A stretch of 64,000 bases of DNA from an uncultured Planctomycetia bacterium (lineage in GTDB: Bacteria; Omnitrophota; Gorgyraeia; 2-02-FULL-51-18). The position numbers and the translations under genes are program-made. The DNA is taken from positions 75,964-139,963 of the forward strand of contig CAZXLF010000007.1 in NCBI GenBank assembly GCA_964642015.1, written 5' to 3'. The notes under the pieces are model-generated. The model searched no databases. It saw only the letters and a program-made list of their open reading frames with translations, and was not told where the DNA came from. Positions 30,650-41,123 of the stretch are shown here, in pieces (the stretch's first letter is position 1; each line of letters starts with the position of its first letter).

Positions 30650-31759
30650 TTAACTCACCTGCATCGGCAGCACAATGTATGTATAATCTTCGCCACTTTT
30701 AATGACGGCCGGTTTTTCAGGATCTATAAATCCAAACTGAACATTCTCATCACCAACATTCTTCAATACATCAATAAGAAAAGTTGGGTTGAAGCCGATC
30801 GCTAGCTCGCCTCCTTTATAATCCACTTCAAGCTCTTCACGCACCTCGCCAAGATCAGGTGTATTCTTAGTGATGATCATTCGGTCTTTAATGATATTTA
30901 TCTTCACTGATTGAGAATCTTGGTTTGTTAATATACTCGCGCGTCTTGTCGCTTGTAAAAAATCCTGAGTATTTATCTTTAATTCCTCTTTCGTTTTTTT
31001 AGGGATAACTTGCTCATAATTCGGGTATTCCCCCTCTATTAAACGGGAAATAATAGTCACCTGACCAAGATTGATTTGAAGTTGGTTCTCTTTAAAATAA
31101 AAAACCACATCACCTTCTTCAAGAAGATTTCGATTTAACTCTTGGATTGTTTTCATAGGAACTATCACATCCTTTTTAACATTACCAATCTCCTGAATCT
31201 CTTTTTCTATAATCGCCAGTCTCCTACCATCAGTTGCTACAAGTTTTAACGCCTTATCTTTAAAACTAAATAGTATCCCATTTAATACATAACGGGATTC
31301 ATCATGGCTCATCGCAAAAGAAGTAAGTTGAATCATACTCTTTAAAAGTCTTTGAGGTATCTTCACTAAATCTACGCTTTTCACGGTATGCGGGAAATTG
31401 GGAAGTTGAGGGAAATCCTCCTTTAAAAGTCCCATTAAACGAAAATAACTTTTATCTGCCTCAATTTGAATTGATTGACCTTTTTTTACAGAGACTGTTA
31501 TCTCGGTTTGATTTGAAAGTTCTTTAATAATTTCACTAAACTTTCTAGCAGGTACTGTTATTGATCCCTCTTCCAAAACATCCCCTTTAACAACTGCAAC
31601 AACCCCAATTTCAAGATCAGTAGCAGTTAACCTAATCTCTTGTTTTTGAGCTTCTACTAATATATGAGATAAAATTGGAAGTGTACTTTTTGTACTAACA
31701 GCGTTTTGTACCACTTGAATACCCTTTAACAATTCATCCTTTAATATTTTTATTTTCAT
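30650..31759 (-). CDS. dnaN: DNA polymerase III beta clamp
   Basis: ATDLE, VATDGRRLA, SRLIEGEYPNY, VLPM. Confidence 0.98.
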   Translation of the reverse strand: MKIKILKDELLKGIQVVQNAVSTKSTLPILSHILVEAQKQEIRLTATDLEIGVVAVVKGDVLEEGSITVPARKFSEIIKELSNQTEITVSVKKGQSIQIEADKSYFRLMGLLKEDFPQLPNFPHTVKSVDLVKIPQRLLKSMIQLTSFAMSHDESRYVLNGILFSFKDKALKLVATDGRRLAIIEKEIQEIGNVKKDVIVPMKTIQELNRNLLEEGDVVFYFKENQLQINLGQVTIISRLIEGEYPNYEQVIPKKTKEELKINTQDFLQATRRASILTNQDSQSVKINIIKDRMIITKNTPDLGEVREELEVDYKGGELAIGFNPTFLIDVLKNVGDENVQFGFIDPEKPAVIKSGEDYTYIVLPMQVS

Positions 31760-31948
31760 AGTTATTCACTCCATTGTTATTATTTATCTTTTATAAATCA
31801 AAAACAGTCATAGTAGTAATAGCTTGAATAATGGTATTAGTCCCTAACTTTAATATTTAAAACAACTTACAAATTAACAACTTGTGTATAACTATTCACT
31901 TATCCACAGTTTGTTTACTTACGAATTTCAAGTGATAACTTATCCACA
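31760..31948. other. oriC, dnaA-dnaN segment (AT-rich region, DnaA-trios, DnaA boxes)
   Basis: TAGTAGTAATAG at 31811-31822; boxes at 31883-31891 (TTATACACA on minus), 31900-31908 and 31940-31948 (TTATCCACA). Confidence 0.85.
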
Positions 31949-33300
31949 AGCGATTTTGTTTTTTGATCCTTCTTAATATCTTTCTTTATTTTCTGATAAG
32001 CGTGTAAAACTGTTGTATGATCACGTCCACCAAATTGTTCACCAATCTCTGGTAATGATAAACCTGTCATTTCTCTAGATAAAAACATCGCAACATGTCT
32101 GGGATAAACCACATTTTGTGAGCGGCGCTTGGCAGTCATATCAGAGGGTCGTATTTCGAAATATTCTGCCACTTTCCTTTGAATAACGTCAACCGTGATC
32201 TTTTTTTGATTTTCAACAATAAGGTCTTTTAAAACGTCATAAGCGACATCCTGATCAACTTCTTTACCAACTAACTTAGAGTAAGCCACCACACGTATTA
32301 AAGCTCCTTCAAGTTCCCTTATATTTGATTTTATACGGTCCGCGATGAATGAGGTCACGCCATCGGGAATGTGGAGATTTTCTCTCTCAGCTTTTTTTCT
32401 CAAAATAGCCGTTCTGGTTTCAAAATCGGGCGGTTGAATATCAGTTACCAATCCCCATTCAAATCTAGATACCAACCTCTCTTCCAAATTTGAGATATCT
32501 TTCGGTGGTTTGTCACTCGAAACAACTATTTGTTTATGGTAGTCATATAACGTGTTAAACGTATGAAAAAATTCCTCCATAGTGGCTTCTTTTCCCGCTA
32601 TAAAATGAATATCATCAATAAGCAAACAATCAACGTTTCTATATTTTTCCCTAAATTTAATAGTGGTACCGGTCTTAATGGCATTAATTAATTGATTGGT
32701 AAATTTTTCGCTGGTGATATAAAGAACTTTCATGCCAGGATTTCTTGTAAGTATCTCTTGTCCAATAGCTTGCATTAAATGCGTTTTTCCAAGTCCAACA
32801 GGCCCATAAATAAAAAGAGGGTTGTAAGCTTTAGCGGGTGTTTCAGCTACGGCCATTGAAGCTGCATGGGCAAATCTGTTCGAAGGTCCAACAACAAAAC
32901 TTTCAAACGTATATTTCGAATTTAAAGCCGGCTCCGAAAGATTTCCATTCATTATTGTCGGAGATACGGATGAATAATAGCTGTTTTGAGCTATTTTTGT
33001 TTGATTGGTTATTGAGTTTACAGGTTCCGGATCTGATTTTGAAACTTCGAAAGATAATTTAAAAGATGGGTCTCCAGTTATATCTTTTGCGGCGAGCGTG
33101 ATCATGCTTCCATAATGGTCCACTATCCAATTCTTAAAGAAATCATCAGGTACTCCAAGGTTTAGTTCATTCTCTGTGAATTTAAGAGGCTGGATTGGTT
33201 TTAGCCATCGATCGTAGACATGAGGACTCAGCTCATTTTTAAGAGATTCTATTACTTGTGTCCACAAGTTTGATGCGTTTAAATCTTTGAAGTTATCCAC
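31915..33300 (-). CDS. dnaA: Chromosomal replication initiator
   Basis: YNPLFIYGPVGLGKTHL, LIDDI, GGRDHTTV. Confidence 0.99.
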   Translation of the reverse strand: MDNFKDLNASNLWTQVIESLKNELSPHVYDRWLKPIQPLKFTENELNLGVPDDFFKNWIVDHYGSMITLAAKDITGDPSFKLSFEVSKSDPEPVNSITNQTKIAQNSYYSSVSPTIMNGNLSEPALNSKYTFESFVVGPSNRFAHAASMAVAETPAKAYNPLFIYGPVGLGKTHLMQAIGQEILTRNPGMKVLYITSEKFTNQLINAIKTGTTIKFREKYRNVDCLLIDDIHFIAGKEATMEEFFHTFNTLYDYHKQIVVSSDKPPKDISNLEERLVSRFEWGLVTDIQPPDFETRTAILRKKAERENLHIPDGVTSFIADRIKSNIRELEGALIRVVAYSKLVGKEVDQDVAYDVLKDLIVENQKKITVDVIQRKVAEYFEIRPSDMTAKRRSQNVVYPRHVAMFLSREMTGLSLPEIGEQFGGRDHTTVLHAYQKIKKDIKKDQKTKSLVDKLSLEIRK

Positions 33301-33434
33301 AGAATTTTGTTCTACCTTGTTAATATTGTTTTAATATTTTACTTTAAGTTTATTATTTTGAACTACTTATGAAACAAAAATTTAATAACAAGTAAACAAA
33401 TATAAATTTTGTACTTATAAACAAGTTATCCACA
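33293..33434. promoter_or_regulatory. DnaA boxes upstream of dnaA
   Basis: TTATCCACA at 33293-33301 (overlaps the GTG start) and 33426-33434 within an AT-rich spacer. Confidence 0.8.
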
Positions 33435-33627
33435 GGATATGATTTTTAAAAAACAATCAAGTTAGCTTCAAGATTTGTTGAGAAATTATAACAACTCAAA
33501 ATCTGTATTGCAACAATAATCTTTAGCTCTATCAAATTGGGTAAAAATTTGATCATCGAATTGTAAATTTCTTAGCGCAATCTCAATGCGGTTATCAAAC
33601 AAATTCAGCCAATCCGTATAATCCACG

Positions 33628-33656
33628 TTGACACTCTTTATGGGCGTTGCTATAAT
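33628..33656 (+). promoter_or_regulatory. Consensus sigma70 promoter of rpmH
   Basis: TTGACA-17-TATAAT with extended TG. Confidence 0.85.
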
Positions 33657-33699
33657 TTCTTACTTTTAAAAAGCTAAATCAAGCCCAATTAAGGATCCC

Positions 33700-33837
33700 A
33701 TGAAAAAAACGCTTACGAATAAATCAAACATAAAAAGAAAGCGCACTCACGGATTTAGAAAAAGAATGCGTTCTAAAGACGGACGAAAAGTGATCAAAAG
33801 GCGGCGTCAAAAGGGCCGGCACAGTCTTACGGTCTGA
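33700..33837 (+). CDS. rpmH: 50S ribosomal protein L34
   Basis: Translated by hand: [12 protein letters not shown]...[13 protein letters not shown]; 45 aa. Confidence 0.95.
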   Translation: MKKTLTNKSNIKRKRTHGFRKRMRSKDGRKVIKRRRQKGRHSLTV

Positions 33838-33848
33838 GTTATTTTAAC

Positions 33849-34133
33849 ATGCCTGAAACCGAAGGCTGGCTTTCTTTAAAGTGCCAGGAAAAGCCCAGGT
33901 CAATGGTAAGTGTTGAGAAGGCCTCACTTCTTATTTCTATTCCTAAGAAAGTGGTTTTCCTTGCGACCGAGCGCAATAAGATTAAACGACTGATACGGGA
34001 AGCGTTTAGACATAGGATGAGCTTGAATTCCAAGAAGGCTTATTTATTTCGAGTCGTTCGGTATCCGGGCAACGTTGGTCTTCGGGAAATAAACGACGCA
34101 ATGGATACGGCGATTGCTCACTCAAAACAATGA
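33849..34133 (+). CDS. rnpA: Ribonuclease P protein (short)
   Basis: [23 protein letters not shown]; position after rpmH. Confidence 0.88.
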   Translation: MPETEGWLSLKCQEKPRSMVSVEKASLLISIPKKVVFLATERNKIKRLIREAFRHRMSLNSKKAYLFRVVRYPGNVGLREINDAMDTAIAHSKQ

Positions 34134-34137
34134 GTTT

Positions 34138-34368
34138 ATGCCAATGATAAATAAAGTGGCGATTTTTTTCATCATGATCGTTTCCAGGATCTTCAGATTT
34201 AATAATCTGAGAGCGTGTCGGTTCTACCCAAGCTGTTCAGAATATTCGATAGAGGCGTTTAAGAAATTTAATGTTTTGAAAGCAGCTTATTTAATGACGA
34301 GAAGGATCTTGCATTGCCATCCGTTCTGTGAAGGCGGATTTGATCCGGTTCCTGATATAAGAGTATGA
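34138..34368 (+). CDS. yidD: Membrane protein insertion efficiency factor
   Basis: [20 protein letters not shown]. Confidence 0.92.
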   Translation: MPMINKVAIFFIMIVSRIFRFNNLRACRFYPSCSEYSIEAFKKFNVLKAAYLMTRRILHCHPFCEGGFDPVPDIRV

Positions 34369-34382
34369 ATCAATAGGGATTT

Positions 34383-36029
34383 ATGGAAAGAAAAACAATA
34401 ATCTTTTTGGCAATATCATTCGTGATCTTAGGTCTTTATCCGGCCGTGTTGAAGCACTTTTATCCTGACTATTACAAGACTTCGAGGACACTTAAGAAAA
34501 AAGATATTGGTTCTTTATCTTTATCAATTAGTGCTTCGTCACCAGCGATTCCAAATACTTCAGGTTCCGATGCCCAGAGCTTTTCACTTTCGAATGATGT
34601 GAATTTCCAAAGCCAAAACCTGAAACTTTTATTCAACAAAAAAGGCGGATCTATCCACGAAGTCGCCTTTCCCAAATTCATTGATTCTGATACTAATAAA
34701 CCACTGGTTTTTCTATCCTTAAAAGAACCTTTTGGCAATGCGACGCTCGTCACATTAAAAGATTCTCCTGACAACTCTTCAATACCTCAGATCGTTGACT
34801 ATACCGTTGAGAAAAACGGCATGAATAAATCATTGCGGGCATTAGCGGCTCTTGACGGTATCAAGATACAGAAAGATTATCAATTCAAAAAAGATCAATA
34901 TTCTGGAAGTTTGAACCTTAAATTTGAAAATACCACTGACTCTCCTATCGAGTTCCGCTATCAATTATTTGCCGGTTCAAGTATTGCACCACGCCATGGG
35001 ATCGATACTCAATATATAGAAGGAAACTTCTTTTCCAGATCAGGGGAAAAAGTATTTCTGAAGCATATCAAGGAATCCAAGCTTGGGAAGAGTGTGGAAA
35101 GTACGGACTCAGTCGAATGGGTCGCGATCAAGGACAGACACTTTTCCATTATCTTGAAGCCAAGATCCACATCATCATCTTTTACCGGATTAGTTCAAGG
35201 ACTTGGCAATCGTCATTTCAGCGTGTCCTTGGTTTCTGAAAAGATCGCGCTTTCTCCCCATAGTGCGGTTCAACATGATTTCCTTATTTATATGGGCCCG
35301 AATGAACTGGATGAACTTACACCGATAGGGTTGGATGCGCTTGTCAATTTTGGAAAGCTTGATGGAATAGGAAGATTTCTTGTCGGAGCGCTTGAGATGT
35401 TGCATAAGGTTTTCAAAAATTACGGTCTGGCCATCATTATTCTTACGGCTCTCATCAATGTCCTTTTGTTCCCTTTGACATCCACGAGTTACATGTCAAT
35501 GAAGCGCATGCAGCTGATCCAACCGCAGATGAATAAATTGCGCGAACAGCACAAAAAAAATCCTGAAAAATTGAACAAGGAAATGATGGAACTTTATAAG
35601 AAACATAAAGTAAATCCATTCGGAGGATGTTTGCCGATGATATTGCAGACACCCGTGTTCATCGCGCTTTATGTGGCGCTTTCCAAGTCGGTCATTTTGA
35701 TCAATTCTAAACTCTTATGGATCAAAGATCTGTCATCCCCTGATCGTTTACCGCTTCCTTTTTCTTTGCCTTTTTTTGGGAATGAGATCCATGTCTTACC
35801 TCTGGTCATGTGTGTGGCCATGTTTTTACAGCAAAAATTGACCCAAGTTAAAATAGAAGGTCAAGATCCCGCGATGGAATCCCAACAGAAAATGATGACC
35901 GTAATGATGCCGATTATGTTCGGATTTATTTTTTATGCAATGCCTTCAGCTCTCGTGCTTTATTGGCTTACGAATACGATCATCATGAGCTCTTATCAGC
36001 TTTATCTTAAACGAGTCACTCTTACTTAG
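34383..36029 (+). CDS. yidC: Membrane protein insertase
   Basis: NPFGGCLP, LWIKDLS.PD, LYW; large periplasmic domain. Confidence 0.97.
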   Translation: MERKTIIFLAISFVILGLYPAVLKHFYPDYYKTSRTLKKKDIGSLSLSISASSPAIPNTSGSDAQSFSLSNDVNFQSQNLKLLFNKKGGSIHEVAFPKFIDSDTNKPLVFLSLKEPFGNATLVTLKDSPDNSSIPQIVDYTVEKNGMNKSLRALAALDGIKIQKDYQFKKDQYSGSLNLKFENTTDSPIEFRYQLFAGSSIAPRHGIDTQYIEGNFFSRSGEKVFLKHIKESKLGKSVESTDSVEWVAIKDRHFSIILKPRSTSSSFTGLVQGLGNRHFSVSLVSEKIALSPHSAVQHDFLIYMGPNELDELTPIGLDALVNFGKLDGIGRFLVGALEMLHKVFKNYGLAIIILTALINVLLFPLTSTSYMSMKRMQLIQPQMNKLREQHKKNPEKLNKEMMELYKKHKVNPFGGCLPMILQTPVFIALYVALSKSVILINSKLLWIKDLSSPDRLPLPFSLPFFGNEIHVLPLVMCVAMFLQQKLTQVKIEGQDPAMESQQKMMTVMMPIMFGFIFYAMPSALVLYWLTNTIIMSSYQLYLKRVTLT

Positions 36030-36053
36030 AATTTTTTACAATTTCAAATCAAC

Positions 36054-37871
36054 ATGATCATTACTGACGAAAAATACGATGTGATCGTTATCGGCGCCGG
36101 CCATGCCGGCTGTGAAGCTGCGTTGGTGTGCGCCCGTCTTGGCGCAAAGACGTTGATGCTTACGATGAATCTGGATGCGGTGGCGCAGATGTCCTGCAAT
36201 CCGGCAATCGGCGGTATTGCAAAAGGTCATATTGTTCGGGAGATAGATGCGCTTGGCGGAGAAATGGCAAAATTGACCGACCGTACAGGCATTCAATTCC
36301 GCATGTTGAATAAAAGTAAAGGACCAGCTGTTTGGGCTCCCCGCGCACAATGCGACAAAAAAATATATTCGATGACGATGAAGCATGTTATTGAAAGTCA
36401 GGAAAATCTGGACCTTAAACAAGGTGAAGCAAAAGAGATCCTTGTTAATGGAAACGCAGTCGAAGGTGTCATAACGACTATAGATACTGTTTATTACTCT
36501 AAAGCAGTTATTGTTACTACAGGAACTTTCCTAAATGGATTAATTCATATTGGTGATATAACTTTTGGAGGCGGCCGCGCCGGTGATAAAGCATCTCATG
36601 GAATATCTTCATCGTTAGCCAAGCTTGGTTTTGAAATTAAGCGATTAAAAACTGGTACCCCTCCCCGATTAAATGCAAAATCCATAGATTTTTCCAAACT
36701 TGAAGCACAAAATGGCGATGATGACCCAACACCATTTAGTTATCAAACAAAAAAGATCACGCAAGAGCAACTGCCTTGCTATATTACTTACACAAGCGAC
36801 AAAACACATAAGATAATTAAAGAAAATATTCATCGTTCTCCCCTTTATTCCGGAAAAATTGAAAGTCGAGGCCCAAGATATTGTCCTTCGATTGAAGATA
36901 AAGTTTATCGTTTTGCAGACAAAGACCGACATCAATTATTTTTGGAACCTGAAGGTCGTTATACAGAAGAGACTTACATAAATGGATTATCAACAAGTTT
37001 TCCACAGGATGTTCAAATAAAACTTGTAAGAAGTATTCAAGGTCTTGAAAATGCAGAACTTATGAGATTTGGATATGCAATTGAATATGATTTTTGTCCA
37101 CCAACACAATTAGAGCCAACATTACAAACAAAAAAAATAGAAAATTTATATTTAGCAGGCCAGATAAATGGAACATCAGGATATGAAGAAGCCGCATGTC
37201 AAGGATTGATGGCCGGCATAAACGCAGTATTGAAGCTACAATTGAAAGGACCTTTGATTCTTGATAGATCCGAAGGTTATATAGGCGTTTTAATAGACGA
37301 TCTTGTTACTAATGGAACAGAAGAGCCTTATCGTATGTTTACGTCTAGGGCAGAACATCGATTAATATTGAGACAGGACAATGCAGATAAGAGGCTATTA
37401 AGGTATGGTCATGATTTGGGTTTGATTTCAAAGAAACATTTCAAGGAATTTTCAGAAAAACAGAGCAAAATCGATTATTGGATTGATAAAATTAAGCATA
37501 CAAGATTTCAGCAAGTACCTATGGATAAATATCTTAGGAGAAATGAAGTAAACTTAAAAGATGTTTTAGGAATCATGCATGAACAGATAGCAGATGTTGA
37601 GGTAGAGAATCAAGTTGAAATAGAAATTAAATACTCTGGTTATGTGCAAAGAGAAATAGGAATAGTAAATCGTCTTAAAAAATATGAAGAGAAAAAGATA
37701 CCTTCAAATTTGTTATTCAAAGAAATAAAAGGGCTAAGCAGGGAAGCCCAAGAAAAATTGGATAAGATTAAACCAGTTTCTTTAGGTCAAGCAGCAAGGA
37801 TTTCTGGAATAACTCCATGCGATATTTCAGTTCTAGCAGTTTTTATTGAAAAACTCCGTAAATCTTCGTAA
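36054..37871 (+). CDS. mnmG: tRNA U34 modification enzyme MnmG/GidA
   Basis: GAGHAGCEAA, SCNPAIGG, GPRYCPSIEDK, GQINGTSGYEEAA. Confidence 0.98.
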   Translation: MIITDEKYDVIVIGAGHAGCEAALVCARLGAKTLMLTMNLDAVAQMSCNPAIGGIAKGHIVREIDALGGEMAKLTDRTGIQFRMLNKSKGPAVWAPRAQCDKKIYSMTMKHVIESQENLDLKQGEAKEILVNGNAVEGVITTIDTVYYSKAVIVTTGTFLNGLIHIGDITFGGGRAGDKASHGISSSLAKLGFEIKRLKTGTPPRLNAKSIDFSKLEAQNGDDDPTPFSYQTKKITQEQLPCYITYTSDKTHKIIKENIHRSPLYSGKIESRGPRYCPSIEDKVYRFADKDRHQLFLEPEGRYTEETYINGLSTSFPQDVQIKLVRSIQGLENAELMRFGYAIEYDFCPPTQLEPTLQTKKIENLYLAGQINGTSGYEEAACQGLMAGINAVLKLQLKGPLILDRSEGYIGVLIDDLVTNGTEEPYRMFTSRAEHRLILRQDNADKRLLRYGHDLGLISKKHFKEFSEKQSKIDYWIDKIKHTRFQQVPMDKYLRRNEVNLKDVLGIMHEQIADVEVENQVEIEIKYSGYVQREIGIVNRLKKYEEKKIPSNLLFKEIKGLSREAQEKLDKIKPVSLGQAARISGITPCDISVLAVFIEKLRKSS

Positions 37872-37899
37872 TTTTCTAAACTTTATTTGATCACATTTG

Positions 37900-37915
37900 G
37901 TTTCCACGTGGAAAC
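37900..37915. promoter_or_regulatory. parS-like palindrome
   Basis: Perfect 16-bp palindrome GTTTCCACGTGGAAAC just upstream of parA. Confidence 0.7.
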
Positions 37916-37986
37916 ACCTTAAAATTTCAATTTATCTAAAGAAAACGTATTGACTTTAAATTCACTTTGTTTTATTATTGCCAAAA

Positions 37987-38763
37987 ATGGCAAAAATAAT
38001 AGCTATATGCAATCAAAAAGGGGGAGTAGGAAAAACAAGCACAGCTGTTTCTCTCTCATCCTGTCTCGCCATAGAAGGAAAAAAAAGTCTCCTTATTGAT
38101 CTGGATCCTCAAGGAAATGCCACAAGTGGTTTAGGTATAGACAAGCACAAAGTAGAAAAATCGATTTATTTTGCTTTGCTTGGTGAGTCTAAATTACCTG
38201 ATCTTATTGTTGAAACTTGCGTTCAAAATCTATTTATAGTTCCTGCCAATGAGCATTTATCAGGCTCTGAAGTAGAATTGGTAGGAGAACTAGGAAGAGA
38301 AGGAAGACTTAAAAAAGCTTTATTGCAACTTGATCCATCATTTGAGTTTGTAATAATTGACTGTCCACCATCTTTTGGACTTTTGACAATAAATGCGTTA
38401 ACGGGATCAAATTCTGTATTGATACCTATTCAATGTGAATATTACGCTTTAGAAGGATTAAGCCAGCTTGTCAAAACAATAAATCTCATTAAGGATAATT
38501 TAAATTCTAATCTCGAAATCGAAGGCATCCTAATGACAATGGCAGATTTTCGAACCAATCTAACTCAAGAGGTAATCGACGAAGTCAAAAAACACTTTGG
38601 CAGTAAAGTTTATAATACAGTAATCCCTAGAAATATCAGAATGAGTGAAGCTCCCGGATTTGGCAAGCCAATTTTCTTATATGATAAAGATTCTGAAGGC
38701 GCAAAGAAATATAAAGAGCTGACAAAGGAATTTTTATTATTTAATATAAGTAATTCAAATTAA
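37987..38763 (+). CDS. parA: ParA/Soj ATPase
   Basis: NQKGGVGKT, DLDPQGN, QCEYYALEG. Confidence 0.97.
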   Translation: MAKIIAICNQKGGVGKTSTAVSLSSCLAIEGKKSLLIDLDPQGNATSGLGIDKHKVEKSIYFALLGESKLPDLIVETCVQNLFIVPANEHLSGSEVELVGELGREGRLKKALLQLDPSFEFVIIDCPPSFGLLTINALTGSNSVLIPIQCEYYALEGLSQLVKTINLIKDNLNSNLEIEGILMTMADFRTNLTQEVIDEVKKHFGSKVYNTVIPRNIRMSEAPGFGKPIFLYDKDSEGAKKYKELTKEFLLFNISNSN

Positions 38764-38774
38764 AGGAGATATAT

Positions 38775-39626
38775 ATGGAAAGAAAAGTGCTAGGAAGAGG
38801 ATTAGAGGCTTTAATTCCTTCAGAAAATAAAGCATCGCACGAGCGAGTTCAAATGCTTAAAGTTTCTCAAATCCATGCTAGTCGCTTTCAGCCACGTTTA
38901 AACTTCGCTCCGGAGAAAATAGACGAATTGGCCAAATCCATAAAGGAAAAGGGAATTATCCAGCCTGTCTTAGTTCGCGCTGTTGACGGCGATAACTTTG
39001 AATTGATAGCCGGTGAACGGCGTTTGAGAGCGGCTAAAAAATTGGGATTTACAGAATTACCGGCGATAGTGCGCAGAGTAGCCGATGCGGATCTTTTAGA
39101 AATGTCTATCATAGAAAATATTCAAAGAGAAGAACTCAATCCTCTGGAAGAAGCCAAAGCGTATCGCCGATTGGGACAAGAATTTGGCATGACGCAGGAT
39201 ACGATTGCTGAGCGCGTCGGAAAAGATAAATCATCTGTATCTAACCTATTGAGATTACTAAACTTACCAGAATTAATACAAGATTATCTATCTAAAAATT
39301 TAATAACTTTTGGCCATGCAAAGGCGTTGCTTTCTATTCACGATCAGAATTATCAGATAAAATTCTGCGAAGAAATCGTAGAAAAAGGGTTATCGGTTCG
39401 TCAAGCGGAAATAGGTTTTTCCCATAAAATTCATAAAAGAAGCCGAATTTCTAAGAATGCCAGTGCGCGGGACATTCATACCAAAAATTTGGAAGAACAA
39501 CTTCAGCACACCTTGGGAACAAAAGTACGTATCATTCAAGGTAAAAAACGTGGAAGAATCGAGATTGAATACTATTCAGCCGAAGACCTTGATAGAGTAT
39601 TAAAGTTCTTTAATATCAACCACTAA
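38775..39626 (+). CDS. parB: ParB/Spo0J
   Basis: LGRGLEAL, GERRLRA, ENIQREEL. Confidence 0.97.
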   Translation: MERKVLGRGLEALIPSENKASHERVQMLKVSQIHASRFQPRLNFAPEKIDELAKSIKEKGIIQPVLVRAVDGDNFELIAGERRLRAAKKLGFTELPAIVRRVADADLLEMSIIENIQREELNPLEEAKAYRRLGQEFGMTQDTIAERVGKDKSSVSNLLRLLNLPELIQDYLSKNLITFGHAKALLSIHDQNYQIKFCEEIVEKGLSVRQAEIGFSHKIHKRSRISKNASARDIHTKNLEEQLQHTLGTKVRIIQGKKRGRIEIEYYSAEDLDRVLKFFNINH

Positions 39627-39641
39627 TGCATTTTTTTGATA

Positions 39642-39670
39642 TTGACAAGAGTCCGGATATCTTTTAGACT
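39642..39670 (+). promoter_or_regulatory. Sigma70 promoter of ndk
   Basis: TTGACA-17-TAGACT. Confidence 0.65.
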
Positions 39671-39697
39671 TACAAGTTACAAATTTTAAATATAATT

Positions 39698-40198
39698 ATG
39701 CCAGAACCTACATTAGTCATTATAAAACCCGACGGCCTGCAAAAGTCTTTAACTGGAAATATTTTAACCAGACTTGCTGAATCCAAGTTAATTATCGTTG
39801 GATGTAAGATCAAGGCAGTGTCTCGTGAATTAGCCGAAGAACACTACTGTCACATGAAAGATAAGCCTTTTTTTGAAGAGATCGTTAGATACTTGATGGG
39901 CGAGTATCATACGAAACGCGTCATGACGATGGTTTATTACGGTGATGACGCGATACAAAAGGTCAGAAGAATTTGCGGCGCGACAAATCCCGAAGAAGCT
40001 GAACCGGGCACGATCCGCGGTTCTTTCGGGCGCATTACGACAAAAGGTATTTATGAGAATGTCATACACGCTTCGAGCGATTCCAAAGATGTCGAACGGG
40101 AAATTAAATTATGGTTCGAGCCCGATGAGATAGTCTTGGACAATTTATATCCCACCAAAGAGGTCAGTGTTACCCTGAAGAAAAAAGTATGGAAGTGA
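39698..40198 (+). CDS. ndk: Nucleoside diphosphate kinase
   Basis: IIKPDG, GATNP, NVIHASSD. Confidence 0.95.
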   Translation: MPEPTLVIIKPDGLQKSLTGNILTRLAESKLIIVGCKIKAVSRELAEEHYCHMKDKPFFEEIVRYLMGEYHTKRVMTMVYYGDDAIQKVRRICGATNPEEAEPGTIRGSFGRITTKGIYENVIHASSDSKDVEREIKLWFEPDEIVLDNLYPTKEVSVTLKKKVWK

Positions 40199-40229
40199 TT
40201 TTTGAACTGTCTTTGCTTTTGGTGAAGCA

Positions 40230-41123
40230 GTGATCAAAAGCATGACGGGGTTCGGCCGTTCCGAACTGAAGATCCCGCATGGATTCATCCGCGTTGAGAT
40301 CAAGACGATCAATCATAAGTTTTTCGAGTTTTCTTCGCGTTTACCAGGACATTTAAGTGAATTCGAAGATTCTGTCAGAAAGATCGTTTCTCAGGAAATC
40401 CGAAGAGGAAAGATCAGCTTTTTTATTTCGGCGCCGGACGCTTCGACGTTCTCAAAGCGTCTGGTTTTGAATGAACCTTTGGCCAAGGAAGTTTTTCAAA
40501 AGATCCAGCGGCTCAAGAAAGTTTTGAATATGCGTTCTTTGAAGAATGAGGAAAATATGCTTTTGAGAACGGTGCTGACTTATCCAGACGTTTTGACAAA
40601 GGAATCCTCTTTTAATGAAAGGACGTCGCTTTTTCGTGATATTGAAAATGCAGTCGGTCTTGCTCTTAAAAATTTGAATGCGTCACGGATCCAGGAGGGA
40701 AAAGCGCTGGAAAAAGATCTGTCCGGCAGGATTTTGGAGATTAAAAGATCGTTGGGCGGTATTGAAAGAAGAATCCCTGCTCTTGGAAAAGAGTATAGGA
40801 AGATCTTTGAGAAAAAGATGAAAGAATTTTTGAAAGCCGGCGAGTTGGATCATGAGAGACTGACACTCGAAGTGGCGTTGTATGTAAAAAATTCCGATAT
40901 ATCCGAAGAAGTAACTCGCATGAAAAGCCATATTGATGCAATGAAAAAAGCTCTGAAAGAGAGCGGAGAGCTTGGAAGGAAGATTGACTTTATCGCACAG
41001 GAAATGTACCGGGAATCAAACACAATGGGTGCAAAATCAAGCGATGTCAGTATCGCGAATCACGTGATCCATATAAAAAGCGCGATCGAGAAGATCAGAG
41101 AACAGGCGCAAAACGTTGAGTGA
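40230..41123 (+). CDS. yicC: YicC/YloC family endoribonuclease
   Basis: SMTGFG, DISEE..R, GRKIDF..QEM.RE.NT, REQAQNVE. Confidence 0.95.
   Translation: MIKSMTGFGRSELKIPHGFIRVEIKTINHKFFEFSSRLPGHLSEFEDSVRKIVSQEIRRGKISFFISAPDASTFSKRLVLNEPLAKEVFQKIQRLKKVLNMRSLKNEENMLLRTVLTYPDVLTKESSFNERTSLFRDIENAVGLALKNLNASRIQEGKALEKDLSGRILEIKRSLGGIERRIPALGKEYRKIFEKKMKEFLKAGELDHERLTLEVALYVKNSDISEEVTRMKSHIDAMKKALKESGELGRKIDFIAQEMYRESNTMGAKSSDVSIANHVIHIKSAIEKIREQAQNVE

Noticed and set aside
36987-37007. DnaA-box-like 9-mers inside mnmG
   Set aside because: Imperfect and within coding sequence; cannot be told from chance.
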